Position numbers and translations under genes: made by a program | Assembly: GCA_964558595.1 (NCBI GenBank) | Contig: CAZLER010000008.1 | Location: forward strand, 830 to 64,829 | Length of the DNA: 64,000 bases | Direction of reading: 5' to 3' | Source of the DNA: an uncultured Thermotogae bacterium | GTDB taxonomy: Bacteria > Bipolaricaulota > Bipolaricaulia > UBA7950 > UBA9294 | Notes under the pieces: model-generated | Database searches by the model: none | What the model saw: the letters and a program-made list of their open reading frames with translations, nothing else | What the model was told of the DNA's origin: nothing | Part shown: positions 29,484 to 39,616 of the stretch, piece by piece | How the letters are laid out: the number at the start of each line of letters is the position of its first letter | Position numbering within the stretch: position 1 is the first letter of the stretch

Positions 29484-30928
29484 GGACGATCTTCGACTAC
29501 CCGCGACGCGACGTCGGCGCCGGCGTATTTCCGTCACCCGACGAGCACCCGGTCGAGATCGAGCGCTGGATTGAGCGCGGACTGCTGCGCGAGGATCCGG
29601 CCCGGATTCCCGAGTTGAGCGAGCCGACGGTGGCGCGCCACTACACCGGGCTGTCCAAGCTGAACTACGGTGTCGATGACGGGTTGTACCCGCTGGGCAG
29701 CTGCACGATGAAGTACAACCCGAAGCTCCATGAGGATCTGGCGAGGCTCATGGGGTTCGCCGAGGCGCATCCGTTGTCCGACCCGGACGACGTGCAGGGC
29801 CTCCTCGCGTTCCTCCACCGGCTGTCCGAGCTGCTTGGCGGCATCGCTGGGCTGCCCGCGGTTTCGCTGCAACCGGTCGCGGGCGCCCATGGCGAGCTGA
29901 CCGGCTTGTTCCTGTTCAAGCGGTACTTCGAGATGGCGGGTGCGCCAGAGCGATGCACCATCCTATTGCCGGACTCGGCTCACGGCACCAATCCCGCCTC
30001 GGCAGCGGTGGCCGGCTTCCGGGTGGCCGAGATTCCCTCGGATGCGGAAGGGATGATCGATCTCGACGCGTTGGAGGCGAAGCTCGATCCGTCGGTTGCC
30101 GGCATGATGCTTACCGTTCCCAACACGCTCGGGATCTTCGAGGAGAGGATCCTCGAGGTGACGGAGCGGGTCCACGCCGCCGGTGGTCTGTGTTACTTCG
30201 ACGGAGCGAACCTGAACGCGTTTCTCGGCCGCGCTCGTCCCGGCGACATGGGAGCGGATGTCTTTCACTTCAACCTGCACAAGACCCTGTCGACGCCGCA
30301 CGGGGGAGGCGGGCCGGGGGCCGGCCCGATCGCGGTGTCCGACCGGCTGGCCGAGTACCTTCCGATTCCCCGCATCGAGCGGCGGCAGGAGCGGTATGGA
30401 CTCGAGCTGGACTGCCCGAACTCGATCGGAAGGGTGCACTCGTTCTTCGGCAATGTCCTGGTCGCCGTCAAGGCGTTTGCCTATCTCCTATCGCTTGGCG
30501 ATGACGGGCTGCGAGCCGTCAGCGAGAACGCCGTGCTCAACGCCAACTACCTGCAACATCGGCTGAAGAGCAGCTACACCCTTCCCTACGATCGGCTATG
30601 CAAGCATGAGTTCGTCTTGTCGGGCAAAGGGCTCGCCGAGGATGTCAGCACGCTGGACATCGCCAAGCGGCTGATCGACTATGGCTTCCATCCTCCCACC
30701 GTGTACTTCCCGCTGATCGTCAGGGAGGCGCTGATGATCGAACCCACCGAGACCGAGGCCAAGGAGGCCCTCGATCGATTCGCCGATGCGCTGGAGCGGA
30801 TTGCTGCCGAAGCACGCGACGAGCCCCAGCGGCTGCGGGAAGCGCCGCGACGGGCGCCGGTGCGGCGGCTCGATCAAACGCGAGCAGCCCGCGATCCGGT
30901 ACTGACCTACCCGTTCGATGAGGCGTGA
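29480..30928 (+). CDS. gcvPB: Glycine dehydrogenase (decarboxylating) subunit 2
   Basis: ATGA overlap with gcvPA; PLP-lysine region FNLHKTLSTPHGGGGPG. Confidence 0.9.
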   Translation: MRTIFDYPRRDVGAGVFPSPDEHPVEIERWIERGLLREDPARIPELSEPTVARHYTGLSKLNYGVDDGLYPLGSCTMKYNPKLHEDLARLMGFAEAHPLSDPDDVQGLLAFLHRLSELLGGIAGLPAVSLQPVAGAHGELTGLFLFKRYFEMAGAPERCTILLPDSAHGTNPASAAVAGFRVAEIPSDAEGMIDLDALEAKLDPSVAGMMLTVPNTLGIFEERILEVTERVHAAGGLCYFDGANLNAFLGRARPGDMGADVFHFNLHKTLSTPHGGGGPGAGPIAVSDRLAEYLPIPRIERRQERYGLELDCPNSIGRVHSFFGNVLVAVKAFAYLLSLGDDGLRAVSENAVLNANYLQHRLKSSYTLPYDRLCKHEFVLSGKGLAEDVSTLDIAKRLIDYGFHPPTVYFPLIVREALMIEPTETEAKEALDRFADALERIAAEARDEPQRLREAPRRAPVRRLDQTRAARDPVLTYPFDEA

Positions 30929-30948
30929 GTCACGATGTCCCGCGGGGG

Positions 30949-32280
30949 TTAGCGATGGGCGGTTTCTTCCATCGCGGCCTCGATCGCCGCGGCGATCGAC
31001 GAACAGGTTGCGTGATCCTCGGCCTCGACCAGGATACGGACCAACGGTTGGGTGCCGGACGCGCGGACCAATACCTGCCCGTCTTCGCCCAGCTTCTCCT
31101 TCGCCCGAGCGACCTCCCGACGGACGGCGGGGGTGTCCACCAGTCGGTGGGGGGTCGTGCAGGCGACGTTGCGGAGCAGTTGTGGATAGAGGGGAATCGA
31201 CCGGGCCAGGGTGCCGAGGTCGGACCTCTGCTCATGGGCGATCTCCAGGAGCTTCACGGCAGTGAGGATGCCGTCTCCCGTCGGAGAGTGCTCGGAGAAG
31301 ATCACGTGCCCCGATGGTTCGCCGCCGAGCAGCGCCGCGGTCTTCTGCATCGTTCGCGATACGTGCCGGTCCCCCACCGGGGTCCGAACCACGTCAATTC
31401 CCCGGCCGGCGAGGCTGCGTTCCAGGCCGCGGTTGCTCATCACGGTGGTGACAACCGTAGCGGGGGAGAGGGTGCCCGTCTCCGCCATGTACAGCGCAGC
31501 GATGCCGATCATGTGGTCACCGTCGATCGTCTCTCCGTCCGGTGTGATGAGCAATGCGCGGTCGCCATCCCCGTCGAACGCGATCCCTAGGTTGGCGCCA
31601 TGTTCCCGCACGGCCTGGCGAACCGGTTCCAGGCAGGTCGAGCCGCAGCCCTGGTTGATCCGTCCTCCATCCAGCGCGTCGTGCAGTGGGACCACCTGCG
31701 CGCCGAGATGACGGAGGACGCGGGGTGCGATGGTTGCGGTGGCCCCGTAGGCGCAGTCGACGACGATCGTCAGACCCGAAAAGTCGACATGCTCCACGTC
31801 GATGACGCCGGCGAGAAAAGCGGCGTAGCGGGAAGCGGCCGCTTCCAGCGGAGCAATCGCTCCGATCCGGCCGCTCGGTGTCGACGGCTCGCCGAGGGCT
31901 GCCTCGATGGCGGTCTCCTCGGCGACGTCGAGCTTCATCCCGCACCGGTCGAAGAACTTGATCCCGTTGTCGTCGGGGGGGTTGTGCGACGCGGAGATCA
32001 CCGCACCGAGGTCCGCCCGTTCATCCTTGATCAGAAACGAGATCGCCGGCGTCGGGATGATCCCGGCCAGGCAGACGTCGACCCCGGCCGAGGCAAAGCC
32101 GGAGGCGAGCGCCGCCTCGAGCATCGGCCCGCTGATCCGGCTGTCACGACCGACGATCACCCGTCCGCCTGCGGGCACGCATCGGGTGGCGGCACCGCGC
32201 GCCAGCGACACGGCCAGCTCGGGGGTGAGCAGCTGATTGGCCGGTCCGCGGACCCCGTCGGTGCCGAACAGGGAGCTCAT
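30949..32280 (-). CDS. glmM: Phosphoglucosamine mutase
   Basis: ORF trimmed to Met 32280 (MSSLFGTDGVRG...). Active-site ASHNP motif. Confidence 0.9.
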   Translation of the reverse strand: MSSLFGTDGVRGPANQLLTPELAVSLARGAATRCVPAGGRVIVGRDSRISGPMLEAALASGFASAGVDVCLAGIIPTPAISFLIKDERADLGAVISASHNPPDDNGIKFFDRCGMKLDVAEETAIEAALGEPSTPSGRIGAIAPLEAAASRYAAFLAGVIDVEHVDFSGLTIVVDCAYGATATIAPRVLRHLGAQVVPLHDALDGGRINQGCGSTCLEPVRQAVREHGANLGIAFDGDGDRALLITPDGETIDGDHMIGIAALYMAETGTLSPATVVTTVMSNRGLERSLAGRGIDVVRTPVGDRHVSRTMQKTAALLGGEPSGHVIFSEHSPTGDGILTAVKLLEIAHEQRSDLGTLARSIPLYPQLLRNVACTTPHRLVDTPAVRREVARAKEKLGEDGQVLVRASGTQPLVRILVEAEDHATCSSIAAAIEAAMEETAHR

Positions 32281-32753
32281 GGCAACGCCCACCCTCCGGA
32301 AACAGCGAACATCGGCGTTGGAAAGGCAATGGGGTAGATTGCCTCACCGGAAAGGGCGATGAAGAACGGATCCACGTCGGTCCACCGCACCACCGTTCCT
32401 GCGCCCACCACCGGCGTCGGCAGCTGGCGGACCGGCTCGAAGTAGGCGAGGCCGGCGGTCAGCCGCAGGAACATCTTCGCTGTGGCTGGATCGGCGGACA
32501 ACGCCCAATCGGCGCTTCCCATCAACAGGCTGCCGCCCGTCGGCGAGAGAAGCAGGGAAAAAGCGAGCGCACCGAAGGCAGCGTCGAAGGTGACCTCGCC
32601 GCCGATCGACAGTGGGATGGAACCGAAGGGGAGGTGGAGTCGGAGTCCGACTGAACGCACGCCGGCCGGTCCGGCCACGAGGCACGTCTGCCCGAGGAAC
32701 AGGAGCAGTAGGACGGCGACGACAACAACAACCCCTCCGCGGTTCATCTCCAC
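32277..32753 (-). CDS. Hypothetical secreted/membrane protein
   Basis: 158 aa; N-terminal hydrophobic segment (VVVVVAVLLLLFLG). ATGA overlap with the glmM start. Confidence 0.45.
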   Translation of the reverse strand: MEMNRGGVVVVVAVLLLLFLGQTCLVAGPAGVRSVGLRLHLPFGSIPLSIGGEVTFDAAFGALAFSLLLSPTGGSLLMGSADWALSADPATAKMFLRLTAGLAYFEPVRQLPTPVVGAGTVVRWTDVDPFFIALSGEAIYPIAFPTPMFAVSGGWALP

Positions 32754-32797
32754 CGAGTCTAGCGAATCGAGGCGGCGTTTGCGACTCTCTCTCTCTC

Positions 32798-34447
32798 CTA
32801 TCGCACGGCCCTTACCACGTCGCCGACGCGGGGGACGAACGCGCCGATCGTCACGGCGTAGGAGACATGGTCGCGGGTCTCGCGGACCACCAGTTCGCCC
32901 TTCAGGCCGACGACATCGTAAGCGAGCACGGCGCTGGTCACGGGATCGACGACCAGGTTCTCGACCTCCAGCACCTCGAGGGTATCCCCCGAGGTGATGC
33001 CGACGGAACGACCCAGGGTGACGGCGATCCGTCCGTCGGGAAGGATCGCGGCAACCTGCCCCTCCGGCGCCGGTGCCGGAGCTTCCCTACGCTCGAGGGC
33101 CGCGGCGGGGGCCCGATCGAGCGCCTGGGATGCCCATCCCTCGAGCGACAACAGCAGCGCCGAGGTGAGACGGTCGATGGCCAGATCCATGGCCCTCCCG
33201 ACCACCGTCTCCCCAAACGCAGGATCCCCGACGGTGATCTCGTTGGTCGCCGGCACCGACAATCCGAACCCGGGGCGGATCTGGAAGCCGACCGACTCGA
33301 TATACGACGTTCCATCCCACAGCTTCGCCGTGTACAACCCCGGGCTCATCGGCAATCCGGACGCATCGCGCTGGTCCCAGAACCAGGTCCCGCACCGCCC
33401 CGTGTCCACGAAGTGCCACCCGAGCCACCGGAGGAACGCTCCCCCCGCCGAGTGGATCTCCACCCCGTACCAGCCGGGTCCCCCGTCGTTGCGATACCCG
33501 AGGAGCACCGTTTGCCCGGGATGATACCAAGCGCGATCGGCCTGTAGCCCTCCCGAGCAGAGCTCGAACGGCGTTGCAGTCAGCGACGACAGGAGTTGAC
33601 CCAGATCGATGGAAAAGCCGGTGGTGCCCTCGTGCTCGCCCTGGGCGGTCACCGAGGACAACGATCCTCCCGTGGCTGCATCGGCCACGTCGGCCGACAG
33701 CAGCGCGGTGGCTGCGGCGCTGTTGACGCGGAGCAAGCCGAGGTCTATGGACGCCTCGTCGACCTCAATGTCGAGGACCGAACCGAGAACCACGAGATCG
33801 GCGTCGAGGGAGCGGGCAGCGGCGGCGACGTCCTCACGGAGCATCGGATTCAGCTCCTGCGCTTGCAGGGTGGCGTCGAGTTCCTCACGATCGACGATCC
33901 GAAGACCACTCGCCCGCAGGCGGTTGCTCAAGGCATCGGCGACGCCTCGGCCGGCGTTGATGAAGCCGGCGCTGCCAGCATCGTCGAATCGGGCAACGGC
34001 GATCTTCAGCGGGGCCAACGCGTTCATCGTCTCCTCGTCCAGGCGGACGTCGACCGTCAAGGTGCTGGTGTTGTTCTCTTCGTTCGTTTCTTCGACCCGT
34101 CCGAACGGCGCATCCGCTTCCACCGCGAGCACGTGAGGCCCGACGGTCGCGGTCCAAGTCGTCGTGACGTCCCGGTGACGGCCCTCGCCCAGTGAGGTGA
34201 AGGGGACAAGATCGATCTCGTAGCCGTCGAGGGTGATCCGCACGAAGAACGGGCGGTCGACCTTGTCTTGGCCGACGTTCTCCACGGTCGCGGATACCGT
34301 GACCGGCGTCCCGTCGACGGGGGCCGCGGGAGAGATCTCCACCTGCGTGACGACCAAATCGGGCAAAGCCACGGCTACGTGCGTGAAGCTCACCGCCAAC
34401 AAGAGACAGGCCAGCGTGCGTTTCGTCATCATCGGCTCCTGTGCCAC
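32798..34447 (-). CDS. Secreted protein with N-terminal CARDB domain and CsgG-like domain
   Basis: Signal peptide. PDLVVTQVEISPAAPVDGTPVTVSATVENVGQ matches the CARDB consensus. KIAVARFDDAGS...GRGVADALSNRLRASGLRIVDREEL...LDADLVVLGSV matches the CsgG/LpoB-like pattern. Confidence 0.6.
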   Translation of the reverse strand: MAQEPMMTKRTLACLLLAVSFTHVAVALPDLVVTQVEISPAAPVDGTPVTVSATVENVGQDKVDRPFFVRITLDGYEIDLVPFTSLGEGRHRDVTTTWTATVGPHVLAVEADAPFGRVEETNEENNTSTLTVDVRLDEETMNALAPLKIAVARFDDAGSAGFINAGRGVADALSNRLRASGLRIVDREELDATLQAQELNPMLREDVAAAARSLDADLVVLGSVLDIEVDEASIDLGLLRVNSAAATALLSADVADAATGGSLSSVTAQGEHEGTTGFSIDLGQLLSSLTATPFELCSGGLQADRAWYHPGQTVLLGYRNDGGPGWYGVEIHSAGGAFLRWLGWHFVDTGRCGTWFWDQRDASGLPMSPGLYTAKLWDGTSYIESVGFQIRPGFGLSVPATNEITVGDPAFGETVVGRAMDLAIDRLTSALLLSLEGWASQALDRAPAAALERREAPAPAPEGQVAAILPDGRIAVTLGRSVGITSGDTLEVLEVENLVVDPVTSAVLAYDVVGLKGELVVRETRDHVSYAVTIGAFVPRVGDVVRAVR

Positions 34448-34531
34448 CTCGCCATCACCTACACCCGGCTTCCCGTGAGGTTTCGGAGCTTCGGAAGCCT
34501 CCGTGTGGCACGCATTGGCGATACACCAGGG

Positions 34532-37273
34532 CTACAGCTGGCTCCAGTCGTTGCCCCAGCGAAGCTTCACCGACAGCGGGACGCGTAGCGGGAGGACGTT
34601 GGCCATCCGTTCCTCGATCGCTGCCGCGGCGATCGCGAGGCGGCCGGTTTCGACCTCGAACAGCAGCTCGTCATGGATCTGAAGGATCATCTTCACGGCG
34701 GGATGCTCCTCGAGGATCCACCGGTCGATGGCGATCATCGCCAGCTTGATCAGCTCCGCGGCGCTTCCCTGGATCGGGGTGTTGATGGCGTTGCGCCGGT
34801 CGACGTTCCGTCGCGGGACGTTGCGCGAGGTCAGGTTCGGCAGCGTCCGCCGCCGTCCGAGAAGCGTACGTACGTAGCCGACCTCGGTGGCCCGTTCGAT
34901 TGTTCGGTCGATGTAGGTTTGGGCACCCGGATACGCGGAGAAGAATCGATCGATATAGCCCCGAGCCTGGGAGGTGTCGATCCCCAGCTCCCGCGCCAGG
35001 CCGAACGGACTGATTCCGTAGAGGATGCCGAAGTTGATCCGCTTCGCCGCGTCCCGCAGCCGGTCGGGGACGGCATCCTCGGGAAGCCCGAAGACGACGC
35101 TTGCCGTGAGCCGATGGAGGTCGACGTCGTTGCGGAACGCCTCGATCAGCCGTTCGTCCTCGGACAGATGGGCCAGTAGCCGGAGTTCGATCTGGGAGTA
35201 GTCGGCGGAGAGCAGCTGCAATCCGGGCGGGGCGACGAACGCGGATCGGATCCGCCCGCCGATGTCGGACCGCGTGGGGATGTTCTGAAGGTTCGGTTCG
35301 GAGGACGACAGTCGGCCGGTCGCCGTCGCCGCTTGGTGGAAGCTCGTGTGAATGCGACCGGTACGGGGATGGATCGCCTTGGGAAGTTGATCGATGTACG
35401 TCGTCAACAGCTTCTGCAGCTCGCGATAGGCGAGCAGCTTCCCCGGAAACGGGTGCTTCTCGGCGAGGATGGACAGCACACGTGCGCTGGTCGATGGGCC
35501 GGTCTTGGTCCGATCGATCACCGGCAGGCCGAAGCGTCCGAACAGCAGCTCGCCGACCTGCTTGGGCGAGTTGGGATTGAACGCCCCCCCCGCCAGATCC
35601 ATCAGATCGGACTCGACGATTTGCAGCTCCGTGCGCAGGTCGTCGCCCTGTGACGCCAGGATGTCGCGGTCGACCAGCATCCCGTGCTCCTCCATGCGCG
35701 CCAGCACCGGAATCAACGGCAGCTCTACATCGTGAAACAGGGGGGTCAGCTCTCCTGCTTCGAGGTCACGGAGCATCGGTGGCCGCAGCCGCTGGACGAT
35801 GTCGGCGTCTTCGGCGGCGTAGTCGGTCGCCCGATCGACCGGAACCGCGGTGAACGACCCGTTCTTGCCGGCGACGTCCTCGTAGGTCAGCATGGCATGT
35901 CCGAGGTAGCTGATGGCAATCTGCTCGAGGTTGTGGCGTCGCTCCTCCGGGCGGATCAGATGGGAGGCGATCATCGCGTCGAACGCGATCGCTCGGGGCT
36001 TCAACCCGTAGCGGTGCAGCACGATCGTATCGTACTTGAGGTTCTGGCCGATCAGGGGGGCATCGCCCTCCACCAGCGGCCGAAGCGCGTTCAAGACCGC
36101 TGGCAGCGGCAGTTGCTCCGGGACCTCGAGGCCCTCATGGGCGACCGGGACGTACGCCGCGGTGTACGGCGCGCCCGACAGCGCGAACCCGACGATCTCC
36201 GCATCGATCGGATCGACGCTGGTGGTCTCCAGATCGAGCGATACCGCTTCCGCCTCCTGCAGCGTTGCGACGCACTCGGACAGCTCCTGCTCGTCGAGCA
36301 CGGTGCGGTAGGTGACCGGAGGCGGAGGAGCCGCGGACCGATCCTCGGCGCTCGGCCTCGGTTCGAGGCCGAGCTCGTGCAAGACGCTGCCGAATTCCAG
36401 CTCGGTGAGCACGCGAGCGAGTTCTCCCGGATCGATCCCCCGCAGCCGACAGTCCTCGAGGTGTTCCTCGAGGACGACGTCGGAACGCAGGAGGACCAGA
36501 CGGTGGGCGAGCTGGGCGCCTTCAGCGTGTTCGGCGAGGCTGGCGGAGACGCGTCGGTTCTTGACACGGTCGGCGGCGGCGAGCGTCGCTTCCAGGGAAC
36601 CGAACTCCCGGAGGAGCCGGACCGCGGTCTTGTCGCCGATGCCGGGGACGCCAGGGACGTTGTCCGATGTGTCGCCGACCAGCGCCAACAAATCGGCGAT
36701 CAGCTCGGGCGGAACCCCGTACCGCTCCTCGACGCCCGACGGATCGAGGAGCAGCTGGTCGGTATCGACGCCCCTTCCCCGAGGACGCAGCAGGTGGACC
36801 CGCTCGGACACGATCTGGGCCATGTCTTTGTCGGAGGTCGCAAGGACACAGGTCAAATCGCGATCGGCCGCTTCGGCGCACAGCGAGGCGAGGACGTCGT
36901 CCGCCTCGACGCCGTCCACAGCGAACGTGGGGATGCCGAGCGCCTGCAGCAGGCGCTCCAGCCACGGCAGTTGACGGGCCAATTCCTCGGGCATCGGTTT
37001 GCGATGAGCCTTGTACTCCGGGTAGATCTCGTGGCGGAAGGTGATGCCGCCGGCGTCGAACACCACCGCGACGTACGATGAGGGGTAGTCGCGCAACGTG
37101 CGGAGGAGGATCCGCCAGAATCCGTAGACGGCGTTCACCGGCTGCCCGGTTCTCGTGGTCAACTGCGGGATCGCGTAGAAGGCCCGGTACAGGAAGGAGT
37201 GACCGTCGAACAACAGCGCGCGACGATCGTCGAAGCGGTCGGGGATTCCGAGGAGGTCGCTATAGGTAGACAT
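34532..37273 (-). CDS. polA: DNA polymerase I
   Basis: 913 aa; 5'-3' exonuclease, 3'-5' exonuclease and polymerase domains (…RRTLPNL…, …HDELLFEV…). Confidence 0.9.
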   Translation of the reverse strand: MSTYSDLLGIPDRFDDRRALLFDGHSFLYRAFYAIPQLTTRTGQPVNAVYGFWRILLRTLRDYPSSYVAVVFDAGGITFRHEIYPEYKAHRKPMPEELARQLPWLERLLQALGIPTFAVDGVEADDVLASLCAEAADRDLTCVLATSDKDMAQIVSERVHLLRPRGRGVDTDQLLLDPSGVEERYGVPPELIADLLALVGDTSDNVPGVPGIGDKTAVRLLREFGSLEATLAAADRVKNRRVSASLAEHAEGAQLAHRLVLLRSDVVLEEHLEDCRLRGIDPGELARVLTELEFGSVLHELGLEPRPSAEDRSAAPPPPVTYRTVLDEQELSECVATLQEAEAVSLDLETTSVDPIDAEIVGFALSGAPYTAAYVPVAHEGLEVPEQLPLPAVLNALRPLVEGDAPLIGQNLKYDTIVLHRYGLKPRAIAFDAMIASHLIRPEERRHNLEQIAISYLGHAMLTYEDVAGKNGSFTAVPVDRATDYAAEDADIVQRLRPPMLRDLEAGELTPLFHDVELPLIPVLARMEEHGMLVDRDILASQGDDLRTELQIVESDLMDLAGGAFNPNSPKQVGELLFGRFGLPVIDRTKTGPSTSARVLSILAEKHPFPGKLLAYRELQKLLTTYIDQLPKAIHPRTGRIHTSFHQAATATGRLSSSEPNLQNIPTRSDIGGRIRSAFVAPPGLQLLSADYSQIELRLLAHLSEDERLIEAFRNDVDLHRLTASVVFGLPEDAVPDRLRDAAKRINFGILYGISPFGLARELGIDTSQARGYIDRFFSAYPGAQTYIDRTIERATEVGYVRTLLGRRRTLPNLTSRNVPRRNVDRRNAINTPIQGSAAELIKLAMIAIDRWILEEHPAVKMILQIHDELLFEVETGRLAIAAAAIEERMANVLPLRVPLSVKLRWGNDWSQL

Positions 37274-37766
37274 TCTCGGTCAGCTGCACCCCCTGGCGAT
37301 CGAGGAGATAACACAGGGCCAGGGCAAGCCCGTCGGCCATGTCATCCGGAGTAGGGATTTCCGAGAGGCACAGCAGCCGCTGGACCATCGCCTGGACCTG
37401 GGACTTGGGCGCCTTGCCGTATCCGGTGATCCGCTTCTTGACCTGCAATGGCGTGTATCCCCGAACGGCGAGTTCCGCGGCGGCCATCAGCAAGACGCCA
37501 CGGGTTTCCGCCGTGCGCATCGCCGTCTGCGCGTTGGTCGCCAGGAAGATCTCCTCGACGGCGACGCCATCAGGACGGTACGCTGCGATGAGGCAGCACG
37601 CCTCGCGGTAGATGATTCCGAGTCGATCCGCGCGGGGAAGTCCCTTCGCGGTCTCGATCACACCTCCGGCAACCGCCTCCCAGCCACCCCGCGTGGTTCG
37701 CACGACGCCGTAGCCGGTGGTGGCCAACCCCGGATCGAATCCGAGAGCGACGAATCCACCGGTCAT
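37260..37766 (-). CDS. ruvC: Holliday junction resolvase RuvC
   Basis: ORF trimmed to Met 37766 (MTGGFVALGFDPGLATTGYGVV...). Catalytic D-E-D-D residues. Confidence 0.85.
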   Translation of the reverse strand: MTGGFVALGFDPGLATTGYGVVRTTRGGWEAVAGGVIETAKGLPRADRLGIIYREACCLIAAYRPDGVAVEEIFLATNAQTAMRTAETRGVLLMAAAELAVRGYTPLQVKKRITGYGKAPKSQVQAMVQRLLCLSEIPTPDDMADGLALALCYLLDRQGVQLTENVYL

Positions 37767-38221
37767 GTCAGCAGGTCTCTCAATCGGGTCCGTTCGCGCT
37801 CTCCCTCGTCCGGTTCGCATACGTGCTCGGGATGCAGGTTGAGGTTCATCCCGCATGACGGGCAGAGACCTCGGCAGGCTTCCCGGCAAAGAACATTCGG
37901 TTCGTGGGCCGACAGCACCAGGCGAAGGACGTCCGGAAGGAGATGGACCGATTCGGCGTGGGGGGGGATCGGGACCTCGAACTCCTCGTCGAGCTCGAGA
38001 ACCGACTCCACCGGTTTGAGGCATCTGCGGCAGGGTTGAACGAGTTGAGCCCGCAGGACGACATCGAGGTACAGCGTCGACAGCTGGGCGAACGCTTCCC
38101 CCGACACGTCGATCCGTTCGACGGTGCACAAGGTCTCCGGGTCGTGCGCGCCCCGCAGCGTGATGTCGATCGGCAATCGGCGTCCCGGGTGGGCGAGGAA
38201 CTCAGCAACGCGTAGCGACAT
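37763..38221 (-). CDS. YceD/DUF177 family protein (large-subunit ribosomal RNA accumulation protein)
   Basis: ORF trimmed to Met 38221 (38272 also possible). C-terminal CxxC...CxxC pairs (CRRC…, CPSCG). Confidence 0.6.
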   Translation of the reverse strand: MSLRVAEFLAHPGRRLPIDITLRGAHDPETLCTVERIDVSGEAFAQLSTLYLDVVLRAQLVQPCRRCLKPVESVLELDEEFEVPIPPHAESVHLLPDVLRLVLSAHEPNVLCREACRGLCPSCGMNLNLHPEHVCEPDEGERERTRLRDLLT

Positions 38222-38996
38222 GAGATCGAAGGCGAGCGGCAACGTCCGCGGTCCGCCTTCCCTCCTTTGCATCGTGAACTCGGATGATCGAGGCGCCCCG
38301 CAAGATCGCCGCGGCGTTGGCGGCGATCGTCGCCTCGAGGCGATCCTCCGTTTCGGCATCGATGAGGGTACCGAGGAATGCCTTGCGGGATAGGCCGACG
38401 AGGATCGGCGGCCCGAGATCGACGATCCGGTCGAGCTCACGGAGGATGGCGAGGTTGTGTTCGAGCCGTTTGCCGAAGCCGATCCCCGGATCGAGAATCA
38501 CCCGGCGCGGGTCGATTCCCGCATCGGAGGCGACGCGTAGCCGGTCGCACAGGAACGCGCGGATCTCCTCGACCACGTCGTTGTAGTTGGGATTCCGCTG
38601 CATCGTCTCCGGGATCCCCTGCATGTGCATCAGCACGACGTGGCACTCCGACCGGGCGACGACCGTGGCCATATCCTCATCGGACCGGAGTGCGCTGACG
38701 TCGTTGACGAGCCGTGCGCCGAGCGCGATCGCCTCGCGGGCGACGTCGGCCTTCCTCGTATCGACCGATAGGGCGACCGGGGAGCGCGCCCGAATTCCTT
38801 CGATGACGGGAAGGACGCGGTCCATCTCCTGCTGGGCGGAGATCGGACGAGCCCCCGGGCGCGTTGACTCGCCGCCGACATCGAGGATATCGGCTCCTTC
38901 ACGAACCATGTTCAGCCCATGGGTGACAGCGTCCTTGGTGACAGCGAACCGGCCGCCGTCGAAGAAGGAATCCGGGGTGACGTTGACGATGGCCAT
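38202..38996 (-). CDS. folP: Dihydropteroate synthase
   Basis: ORF trimmed to Met 38996 (MAIVNVTPDSFFDGG...). Pterin-binding motifs DVGGESTRPG and ILDPGIGFGK. Confidence 0.85.
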   Translation of the reverse strand: MAIVNVTPDSFFDGGRFAVTKDAVTHGLNMVREGADILDVGGESTRPGARPISAQQEMDRVLPVIEGIRARSPVALSVDTRKADVAREAIALGARLVNDVSALRSDEDMATVVARSECHVVLMHMQGIPETMQRNPNYNDVVEEIRAFLCDRLRVASDAGIDPRRVILDPGIGFGKRLEHNLAILRELDRIVDLGPPILVGLSRKAFLGTLIDAETEDRLEATIAANAAAILRGASIIRVHDAKEGRRTADVAARLRSHVATRC

Positions 38997-39088
38997 GACG
39001 GCGACCCTGTCTTGTCTATCGCACCGGTTGTCTAGATCGATCATCGTCTCACAGTATACCATCCAGCCGGGAGTTCGGCAGAACGCGG

Positions 39089-39117
39089 TTGACCTAGAGA
39101 TTGGCGGTTTCTACAAT
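39089..39117 (+). promoter_or_regulatory. Candidate sigma70-type promoter for rplI: TTGACC-17-TACAAT
   Basis: TTGACC at 39089-39094 and TACAAT at 39112-39117 with a 17 bp spacer, about 20 nt upstream of GTG 39138. Confidence 0.5.
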
Positions 39118-39137
39118 CACGCGGTATCGAGACAGGG

Positions 39138-39611
39138 GTGATTACGATCGCACAGGTATTGCTGACAACGACGGTGGAGAGGTTGGGCCACGTGGGAGAG
39201 GTCGTCGACGTGGCGGATGGATACGCGCGCAACTACCTGGTTCCACGAGGTCTTGCGGTGGCGCCTACGGAGCATAACGCCGCGCGATTCGCCAAGCAAA
39301 AGGCGACGCATGAAGCGGAGCTGCTTCAGCGCGAGGAGAAGGCGCGAGCGCTGCGCGACAAGCTGGCGGATCAGACATTGCGGTTCGAGCGCAAGGCCCA
39401 TGACGACGATCGGTTGTACGGATCGGTACGGGCCGAGGATGTCGCAAGGCAGATCGAAGAGCTGTTCGGCGCGCCGATCGAGCCGTCGAGGGTGCAGCTC
39501 GGACAACCGATCGAGACGCTCGGCCCCCACGGTGTGACCATCAACCTGTACAAGGACATCTCGGTCGAACTCCGGATTCAGGTCGACGAGGAGGGCGCGA
39601 AGGAGGAGTAG
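39138..39611 (+). CDS. rplI: 50S ribosomal protein L9
   Basis: GTG start; MITIAQVLLTTTVERLGHVGEVVDVADGYARNYLVPRGLAV is the L9 N-domain consensus. Confidence 0.9.
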   Translation: MITIAQVLLTTTVERLGHVGEVVDVADGYARNYLVPRGLAVAPTEHNAARFAKQKATHEAELLQREEKARALRDKLADQTLRFERKAHDDDRLYGSVRAEDVARQIEELFGAPIEPSRVQLGQPIETLGPHGVTINLYKDISVELRIQVDEEGAKEE

Positions 39612-39616
39612 CCCTC

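Noticed and set aside
34448-34531. Imperfect hairpin GGAGGCTTCCGAAGCTCC after polA
   Set aside because: The stem is interrupted and no U-tract follows; insufficient for a terminator call.
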